Source: Callorhinchus milii
Lineage: Eukaryota
Reading direction: 5' to 3'
Length of the DNA stretch: 64,000 nt
Assembly (NCBI RefSeq): GCF_018977255.1
Contig: NW_024704743.1
Location: 111,292,001-111,356,000, forward strand
The position numbers were made by a program, and so were the translations under genes. Below the pieces are notes generated by a model, which made no database searches, was not told where the DNA came from, and was given only the letters and a program-made list of their open reading frames with translations. Below are positions 25,301-34,460 of the stretch, piece by piece (position 1 is the first letter of the stretch; every line of letters starts with the position of its first letter).

Positions 25301-25860
25301 TTGTTACAGAGGGAGCGGACGTTTTGTAGTCCGATGTGGATGGAGCGGTTGACAGAAGGGTGTGTGGGGAGGGAGGGGGGTCCAGGTTGTGAGGCAGGGG
25401 TGGGGGAAATGGGGATAAGGGAGGAGAGGTTGGCTCCCCGGGTCTGTGTCCGGGGTGGCTGGCGAGTGTGGTGGGGAATGGGGCAGTCGGTGTGGCTGCT
25501 GCTGGACAGCCAACGCCGAGTGCCACGGTGAGCCCGGCGGAGGATTCCCAGGCTGGAGCAGAGGGAGGTTGTGGGAGGGTCAAGTGGGGATAGAAGGCGA
25601 GAGGGACGGAGAGAGAGGAGGAAAGAGCGGGCGAGATGCAGAGGGGGGAGGGTTGTGGGGGTAGAGAGGAGGGAGAGAGGGGGTGAGGGGCCTCGGGTCA
25701 TAGCGGCAGCCATATCGCGCACGCGGGGACCGGGAGCGAGCGGTCAGGTGGATGGACACATTATCCCATGGGCTGGGGCAGCCAACCTAACAGGACCATG
25801 GTGGGCCCTGATGTGAGCCCTGGGGGGGGCGCAGAGGATTTTTTTTTTTTTTGTTGCGCG
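22354..25860 (-). mobile_element. L2-clade LINE, ~3.5 kb, spanning the whole of ORF2 (APE endonuclease + reverse transcriptase); frameshifted
   Basis: ORF 24016..25722 has APE motifs (GLQNVRSL, ALTETWL, RGGGVA, LYRPP, LGDFN, PTH..GH.LDLV, SDH). Downstream fragments include [15 protein letters not shown] and KTEALLIG. The 3' UTR ends in a stem-loop plus a (TTG)n tail. Confidence 0.95.
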
Positions 25861-26112
25861 CACACTTCTGAAAACTACAACTATGACTATGTGATTCCAA
25901 GTCCCAATGTGGGGCTTGAGCCCACAACCTTCTGACTTAAAAGGCGAGTGTGCTACCAACTGAGCCAGGCTGACATAACAGTACCTTTGTCTTAAAATAT
26001 CAACCCTGGTGTTATACATTCAATATAGAATGTATGACACTGGAATTAAAATGCTAACTTTTCTGCTGTTATTTTCGATTCTCTCAGTTCTAATTTGCTG
26101 AAAAATTAAGAT

Positions 26113-26490
26113 ACTACACAAGATCATAAGGTTGGGTTGGATGAAGAAGGCCCTTCAGCCCATTTGATCTCATTCTTCCAGAATACCCACTCCATCGCCT
26201 TCCCATCACAGCATCCAGCTGCTTTTTAAATGAGTCCAGTGTCCTGGACTTAATCAGTGTTTCTGATAACCCTGTTCCAGTCATTGATAACTCACTGGAT
26301 AAAGAAATACTTTTTTGGTGTCTGGCTTGAAATTGTTCTTTCAACTCTAAACTTGTGTCCTCTTGTTTTACTGTCTTGCTGCATCTCAAAGTATTTTTAT
26401 GGGTTTACTTTTTGAAACCCATTTACAAATTCTATAAGGTCCCTTCTGAGACAGCTTCCATTCAAGACTGAAGAGCCCTAGCTTGCCAGT
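26113..26490 (-). mobile_element. Old CR1-type 3' fragment. Similar fragments at ~2890-3235(+), 37150-37480(+), 52180-52450(+), 54720-55030(+) and 59240-59520(+).
   Basis: Degenerate CR1 ORF2 C-terminus (RTLDSFKKQLDAVMG) and a shared 3' UTR gggctgaagggccttcttcatc. Confidence 0.7.
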
Positions 26491-26944
26491 CTGATCCCTG
26501 GTTTATTGTACAAGTCTCTTTTCCTCAGTTTATGGTTGTGAGAATCATTAGATATAATGGAAAGGTCCCATGAAAATAGCCTTAAAAAGTACTAAAATTA
26601 CCCAAAATTTGTGTACAGAGTAAACACTATAAATACCATTGAAGCATTAACGTTATTTGTCTAAGTTATTAACAGATAGTTATATGTTTTTTCTTCACAA
26701 TGATATTTTAAGGCGTGGGGGAGGTATGTGATTTTTAAAAAAAATAAAAGTGTACCATCACAAAAAAAATCTTTAAAGCGACCTACAGCCTTACTAAATT
26801 GTTTCATTATTTGAAATTTTACCTCCACCTACAAAATACACCATCACTACATTTTCAAATAAATGAAGTGCTCTAAGACGTTAATGTATGTGTGAAAGGC
26901 ACAATAAAAATGCAAAATGTTGCTTTCTAATTGCAAGGGTTATT

Positions 26945-27274
26945 ATTAATAATAATTATAATCTTTGCAATAATATACTGTAAAGTAAATTGACTGTATA
27001 TTTTGTGGGTGAAACACAGTATTCAATTGGCCGCAGTAGTGTCCCACAAACATTGAGTGACCAAATTTTTTTTCAATTACATTTTTTTTGAAGGGTTTAT
27101 TACACCCGGAAAAGCGAACCATCAATCGACAAACAACCGAGTTCCTACTTACTGCTAAATAAACAGGCGTGTGGAGTAAGGAAACTTCCCTAATTTTTCG
27201 CCCTGCCAGGGAATCGAACCCAGGGCCTCTTGCTTGCGAGGTGAATGCTCTAACCACTAAGCTTCGGGACTCCA
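26945..27274 (-). mobile_element. tRNA-derived SINE
   Basis: Head ends ...ctctaaccactaagcttcgggactcca; (TAA) tail; internal deletion. Confidence 0.85.
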
Positions 27275-29442
27275 CAAAAGAGATATCTGTTCATGTCACG
27301 CCTTTTTTTTATCAAAGTGCTGCAATAGGGTATAAAACAATATCATTATCTTTGGAAACAGTTTGCAGTGTGTCTATAATCTCATCCCAAGAGCTGAAGG
27401 GTATTATCAGTGGCAGCAAAGGTAACTGGTGCTCCCCACTGTTTGCGATGGCTGTTGACCAGGACAGACAAAGCTTCTATCCTGCTCCTGAAGGTTTGTA
27501 AAGCATAGTATTTGCAATCCTGGCTTATCCAAACCTTTTCCAAAGACTGGGCTGAATCTTTGAGCCAAAAAGGTGTTGTGCCTTGGAAATGACTGTGAGT
27601 GCCTGTTTACATGTTTTGCCCACAACATATACAGTCAATTCACTTTACAGCATATTCTGTGAAGTGCTTTGAGACGTCTCGAAGATGGGATAAGGCGCTA
27701 TATCAAATGCTAGGATTATTATGATTATTACACTTGTGCGGTTGTTTCAATGCACTGCTGCTGCATTTCGGATTCCGTCACACTTCTTACACGGCCTGCA
27801 AGGCTACAATCACCTTGTCTTCCTGTTGTACGTCTTAGAAATGCTGGCTTGGGGCAGCCTGCGAGCAGACATGTTGTTTAGCCTTTCTGCTGCGACAACC
27901 TAAAAATGTCCCTCAAGTGACATACAATAATTGAGGTTGTGCAGCTGACTTGCAGCCCACAGGACTCACGGTTCCCATGGTTACACAAATCCCAATGACT
28001 CTCACCTGCTGCATCTGCACAACACTGGGCAGCACTTCAGCTGCCTCCCTGTTATTCATTAGGCTCTTGCTCTGCACTGAATTGTGGTGCTGGAGCAAGG
28101 CTGGCATTGAAATAACAAGACGTGGCATGTGGGTTCCACAGGGGCAGTTTCTGAGCGAACATGCTTTCTTGTCTGAACGTCGCTTGCTTTCCCCCGGCCG
28201 GCTTGCCCCACCATCGGCGGTTGGGCCTTCAGCTTCTCTGCCCTCACCCTCTGGAACTCCATCCCACATCCCCTTCACCTTGCTCTCTCCCTTGGCCCTT
28301 GAAGGCACGCCTCAAGACCCTCCTCCTCGACAGTGCCTTCGGCCACCCTCCTACTCCCACCCTCCCCGCCCTCCATCCTCCCTGATCCCATCCCCACCTA
28401 CCCTCAGGTCCTAATCCCTGACTGTTCAAACGTAAAATTACAAACGTAATTTTGTATTGTATTGTGACAACTTGGAAGCTCTGATATACATTCTGGTTTG
28501 TAGAATCAAGTGTACAAGTACTCTTTCATTAAATCACTGGCCAATTGAATTTGGCAATGGAATTTGGTACCTGTGGTACTAAAGACAGCCCCCTTGGCAA
28601 TACATTCACACACAGTCATAGCATGTGACTACTTTATATCAAACTTGTATATTTTATTGATAATTCTGCTAGTCTTAATGATGGCTATGGTATTACAGCA
28701 GCATCATGAAAATAACATCCATGAGAAAGGAAGAGAGAAAATGGGCTGTAACTTTCTGGTTTATATAATTCAATGATGTACTAAGTGGTACATCAATCAT
28801 TGCAGGAGCTCCTAAACAGCTGTTGAAGTTAGACATAGCAACACGTATCATACAGTGAAAGGCTTAATCTTAAGGCTTGCTGTGCGCAATTGGCTGCCGC
28901 GTTCGCCCACAAATATACAGTCAATTCACTTTACATTGTGTTCTGTGAAGCACTTTGGGACGTCCTCCCGACGTGAAAAGCGCTATATCAAATGCAAGGA
29001 TTATTATTATTATTATTATTATATTATATCATACAAGCATCATGTATGTATAAAAAGACATCATCTTTTTATGCCCTGCACACCACAGCAGTGTTTAACA
29101 CAAAGTCCACTGTAAGACTTTCTGCGATGTTAGGTAATTTACAGTTCTCTCTTGCTTTCTGAGTCTATCTTTCTCCCTTTCAATTTAGGGAGTGGAACCA
29201 AGGAAATGGTGACTGGAAACATGACAATATTACAGCTAACGTGGTACCAAACAATCCGAGGTTAGCCAATAGCTGGGCAGAGTGAAGAAATAATGGTGAC
29301 CAGGGAAAGATGAGAACTTAACCAGGATTTAATACCAGTGGTTCAAGGGCTGCACTGAGATCAGAAAGCGCACAAAGACTAAACATTAATTCAATGGCAG
29401 ACAGAGAAAGACATGATAGGAAGCAAAACCGAGCATTGATGA

Positions 29443-29728
29443 AACAACAACTTGGATTTATATACCGCGCTCCACCCCGGACGGCATCTCAGAGCGCTTT
29501 ACAGTAACGGATCCCGGGACCGAGCCGGGGGAGGGGAAGAAAGGTGACCAAAGGCACGGTTGAAAAGAAAGGTCTTCAGCAGAGACCTGAAAATGGGAAG
29601 GGAGGGAGCAAGATGAAGGGAGTGAGGAAGGCAGTTCCAGAGCCTTAGGGCATAGCTGAAGGCACGGCCGCCGAGGGTGGAGCGGAGGACTTGGGGGACG
29701 AGGAGGAGGCCAGACCCGGAGGAATGAA
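29443..29728 (-). mobile_element. L2 3' end of a second tail type. Other old L2 3' fragments lie at ~28200-28420(+), 40620-40750(+), 56660-56942(+), 58120-58460(-) and 63520-64000(-).
   Basis: GGRAFSY..RLWN.LP..L..FRSLLKTFLF motif; caacaac tail. Confidence 0.75.
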
Positions 29729-31254
29729 GGCATTTATCTATGATAAACAACACTTATCTATGGTAGATAATACAATAAACTGTATATCTTCAATGCGTTT
29801 TTGATCCAATTGTTTTTGATCCAACAAATTTCTTCCTTCCCTCTTTATCTCCTAAAGTTCTTGACTCTTGCTTGGGTACAGATCCAAGGTATCAGCAGAC
29901 CTCCTGGTCAGTAAGATGCAGTTCTAGTTACTACATGATCGTGTTTACCCCAGTCCTCTTTTAAATGTACAAACATACAGTCAAGTCACTTTACAATCTA
30001 TTCTGTGAAGTGCTTTGAGATGTCGAGAAGACGTGAAAAGCGCTACATCAAACACAAGGATTATTATATTATATATACTACATATTCAGCTTTGACAGCA
30101 ATATGGCATTTTCCTAACCTTTACAATCTTCTGTGTTAAAACCAATTGCCCACAAACACAATAAAATCCTGTGTTGTTCTCTTTACAAACTCACAAACGC
30201 TAATAGCAGATATTATCCACATTCAGCAGTGTATACACCCTAATCTCTCACCCTAATAAAAACAGAAACCCTTCACTTAATCTACACATTAGAAGAAGCA
30301 TCATCATCAGTGGAAAAATGTTTATCAAAATTCACCATATACATCACCCAGAAGAATAACATCATCCCCTGGAGCTATCAACATTCACTCTGTGATCTGT
30401 GACCTGTGCTCATCCCCACAATAAGTCTCTGGAGAGAGCAACCTGTGGCTTACCTCTAATAATAATAATAATCCTTGCATTTGATATAGCGCTTTTCATG
30501 TCTTCTAGACGTCTCAAAGGGCTTCACAGAATATGCTATAAAGTGAATTCACCGTATATTTGTGGACGAAACGGCAGCCAATTATCCACTTATTGCTGAA
30601 CTTACTGAATAAATTACAATAAGCCTTTTGTCCTTGCATTTGATATATAGCCTTTCACATCTGGAGGATGTCTCAAAGTGATTCACATGATTTACTTTAA
30701 AATGTAGCGACTGTATTTTGTCGGTGAATGTGATAGCCAATTTGAGCACAGCAATGTTCCACAAAACAGCCATTAAGAGAATGACCTATTGTATCTAAAA
30801 TACATTGCACATCATAGTTACAGCACAGGAACAGGATAATTCAGCCCATTAAGTCAGCAGTGGTGTATATTCTGTATACGAGCAATCTAACCTAGCCCTA
30901 CTCTCTTCTTGTTCCCACAGTGCACATCAGCTCCTGATTCATGGGAACTGAAACCACTTCAACAGACACAACAAACCCACATCTTTCTGACTTCCAATAT
31001 ATGGGCTGATGGGAGTTTTCCCTTTGTATTGTGTGCAAAACTATTGTTCTGGATTTACACTTTCAATCCCCTGTAAAACCTTGCACGCCTCTACATAAGG
31101 TCCCCTCTGAAGACGCCTTAGTATGAAGAGTATTATTTCTGTTAGGAAATAATATCCCGAGATATTATTTCCTAACAGAAATCTAGCTGTCATCTGCATA
31201 CATGTGCAAGCTTATCCCATGTCTTTGGATGACACTGCCTCAAGGTAGCATGTA

Positions 31255-31590
31255 AATTAGGAAAAGGAATGGCCAAGACTGGAGGCTTGGGGTATACCAC
31301 AGGTGAAGGTCGGGGAAAAAATGTTTGTGGAGATGAAGTGGTGGCGATTGGTTAAGTTGGACTTGAACCAGGCGAGTGCAGTCCCACTGAGGTGGATGAG
31401 GAAGGAGAGGTGGTAGAGGAGGATAGCATGATCGACTGTGTTGAATGTAATGGAGAGGTCCAGGAGGATAAGGAGGCTGAGGGAGCCCTGGTCATAGAGA
31501 GAGAGAGATGTCATTAGTGACTTTGACTGACTGGCGCTGTGTCTGTGCTGTGGGCAGGACTGGAGGGGCTCAACTAAGGGAGTGGAGGGA
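31255..31590 (-). mobile_element. Degenerate L2 RT fragment
   Basis: ORF 31257..31619: LILLDLS..FNTVDHAILL, ALAWFKS.L, CGIPQ.S.LG. Confidence 0.8.
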
Positions 31591-31854
31591 GAGGTATGAG
31601 TGAAGTTGATTTCCAACAAGGAGTTCCAGAACAGACCTCTGCAAGACAGACTACCAATTCACCAGGTTCAATCTCACTTGCCTTGTTTGAATCCCACTTA
31701 ACCAAACGCCATCACTTGATTTCCTCCATTTGCCTACAAAATGCACACACTCGACACTTTATATATTGTGAAGTGCTTTGTGACATTCTCCCAATGTGAA
31801 AGGCGCTATACCAAATACAAGAATTATTATTATTGTTCTTTGACCTTTGCGGTT

Positions 31855-32182
31855 TAATAATCCTTGCATTTGATATAACGCCTTATCACGTCTTTGAGAC
31901 GTCTCAAAGCGCTTCACAGAATATACTGTAAAGTGAATTGACTCTATACTTTGTGGGCAAAACGTGGCAGACAATTGCGTACAGCAGCGTCCCACAAACA
32001 GTAGTGGATTGAAATGACCAATTTATAATTTTTTTTGAAGAAATTATTACCCCTGGAAAAGTGATTCACCAATTGACTAACAACTGCTTACTGAAGTAAG
32101 GAAACATTTAGTTCTGCCGGGAATCAACCCCAGCTCTTTTGCTTGCGAGGCGAGTGCTCTAACCACTGAGCTACAGGACTCG
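31855..32182 (-). mobile_element. tRNA-derived SINE
   Basis: Same head and tail as the 1951 copy. Confidence 0.85.
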
Positions 32183-32519
32183 CCTATCCTCCGCAAGTGC
32201 TTCGAGATGCCATCCGGGGTGAAGGGCGCTATATAAATGCAAGTTGTTGTGTTGTTTATTTTCATCCCTTGTCTGGCACCTCCCTGGTAGAGGTGGGTAT
32301 CAGGCAAGATTGAGAGACCCTTTATTCTGGGTCAGTTCGGTGTGTTTGGTTGCAACGATTTTGGTGTCAGTGAAATAAATACACATCTAGAAATGTAAAC
32401 CCGCCCCGAAAATAACCAGAACAGGTGTCACATCATATTACAAGACAGATACAGTTACCAACCATGTGTGAGACATTTCTCCTGAGAATGCAGCGCATCC
32501 CAAATGAAAACTGAATGGC

Positions 32520-33822
32520 AGTGAGTGAGGGAGTGAGTGAGTGAGTGAGTGAGGGAGGGGGGAGTGAGTGAGGGGGGGAGTGAGTGAGCGAGTGAGGGTG
32601 GGTGTGAGGGAGTGAGTGAGGGAGGGGGTGAGTGAGTGAGTGAGTGAGGGGGTGAGTGAGTGAGGGGGTGAGGGAGTGAGTGAGGGAGGGGGTGAGTGAG
32701 TGAGGGGGGGGTGAGGAGGTGAGGGGGGAGGAGGTGAGGGGGTGAGGAGATGAGGGGGTGAGGGGGAGGAGGTGAGGGGTGAGGGAGGGGGTGAGGGGTT
32801 GAGGAGGTGAGGTGAGGGGGTGAGTTGAGGGGGTGAGTGAGGCGGTGAGGGAGTGGTGAGGGGGTGAGGGAGGGGTGAGGGGGTGAGGGAAGGGGTGAGA
32901 GGGTGAGGGAGGGGGTGAGTGAGGGGGTGAGGGGGTGAGGGAGGAGGTGAGGAGGGAGGGGGTGAGGTGAGGGGGTGAGGTGGTGAGGGAGGGGGTGAGG
33001 GGGTGAGGGAGGAGGTGAGGGGGTGAGGAGGTGAGGGGGTGAGGGGGTGAGGAGGTGAGGTGGTGAGGGGGTGAGGAGGTGAGGGAGGGGTGAGGGGAGG
33101 GGTGAGGGAGGGGGTGAGTGAGGGGTGAGGGAGGGTGTGAGGGAGTGAGTGAGGGGGTGAGGTGAGGTGAGGAGGTGAGGGGGTGAGGTGAGGGGGTGAG
33201 GTGGTGAGGGAGGGAGTGGTGAGGGGGTGAGGGAGGGGTGAGGGGGTGAGGGAAGGGGTGAGAGGGTGAGGGAGGGGGTGAGTGAGGGGGTGAGGGAGGA
33301 GGTGAGGAGGGAGGGGGTGAGGTGAGGGGGTGAGGTGGTGAGGGGGTGAGGGAGGAGGTGAGGGGGTGAGGAGGTGAGGTGGTGAGGTGGTGAGGGGGTG
33401 AGGTGGTGAGGGAGGGGTGAGGGGGTGAGGGAGGAGGTGAGGGGGTGAGGTGGTGAGGGAGGGGGTGAGGGGGTGAGGGAGGAGGTGAGGGGGTGAGGGG
33501 TGAGGTGAGGAGGTGAGGAGGTGAGGGAGGGGGTGAGGTGAGGAGGTGAGGGAGGGGTGAGGGAGGGGGTGAGGGGGTGCGGGAGGGGGTGAGGGGGTGA
33601 GGGAGGGGTGAGGGGGTGAGGTGGTGAGGGGGTGAGGGGGTGAGGTGGTGAGGGGGTGAGGTGAGGAGGTGAGGGAGGGGTGAGGGAGGGGGTGAGGAGG
33701 TGAGGGAGGGGGTGAGGGGGTGAGGGAGGGGGTGAGGGGGTGAGGGAGGGGGTGAGGGGGTGAGGGGGTGAGGGGGTGAGGAGGTGAGGAGGTGAGGGAG
33801 GGGGTGAGGGGGTGAGGAGGTG
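32520..33822. repeat. G-rich (GTGAG+Gn) tandem array immediately upstream of the ADA CpG island
   Basis: About 1.3 kb of gtgagg/gtgaggggg/gtgagggagggg units, nearly C-free. Confidence 0.95.
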
Positions 33823-33879
33823 CTTTGCTCAGTGTTGTCAGTGAGAGTTGTGGAGTGGAGCTGTGGTGTGTGTGTGTGT

Positions 33880-34460
33880 TCGCTGTCGGTCTCCGGCCGC
33901 TGTGTTTGGCTGATGTGAGTGGACTAAGCGGACCGGAGACGCGCCCTATCGATGCTCAGCAGCTGATGTGAAAGGCTCTGTGCGGCAAAGCGACAGACGG
34001 GAAGGAATTCAGCCGCGATAGCGAGAGGGGGGCGTTGTTCTATCTCCGATGCAGCCCCGGGGAGGGAGGCGGGGGGCGGGGGGCGAGGGAGGAGGGCACC
34101 GGCTGTGCTGCTGCTGCTGCTTCTTGTTGGAGTCGATGAGACTCTCAGCTCTCGCCCTGACGTCCAGTCGGCTGCTGTCCCTCGGCTGCCGGACCGTGTC
34201 CCCGCCCGGAGCTCGGGCCGGAGCTCGGGATGGAGCTCGGGATGGAGCGGGATCCGGAGCCCCGACCGCCCTCTCCTTCGACAAACCCAAGGCAATGCGC
34301 GCTTCGCACGACGCTGCGCCCGGACTCTGCGTCAAAGCCGTCTGTGCCACATGGTCAGGTTTCCTTTCGCACAGGAGGCTCCGGGCTTCAGGGGTGGGGG
34401 GTGGGGGGGGGTGTCTGTGATCGAGGGTCTGTGTGTGCACTTGTCACTGGTTCCAGCGCT
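33880..34460. promoter_or_regulatory. CpG island / promoter and first exon of ADA
   Basis: Dense CpG; GC boxes (ggcggggggcgggg near 34068-34085). Confidence 0.8.
34136..34291 (+). CDS. ADA: ADA exon 1, ending ...ALSFDKPK, with a GC donor
   Basis: FDKPK matches the end of ADA exon 1 and is followed by AAG|GCAATG. In-frame ATGs occur only at 34049 and 34136. Confidence 0.65.

Noticed and set aside
33924..34440. Antisense ORFs with poly-S/poly-Q runs over ADA exon 1
   Set aside because: Expected in a GC-rich island with a short (CTG)n; no homology or splice support.
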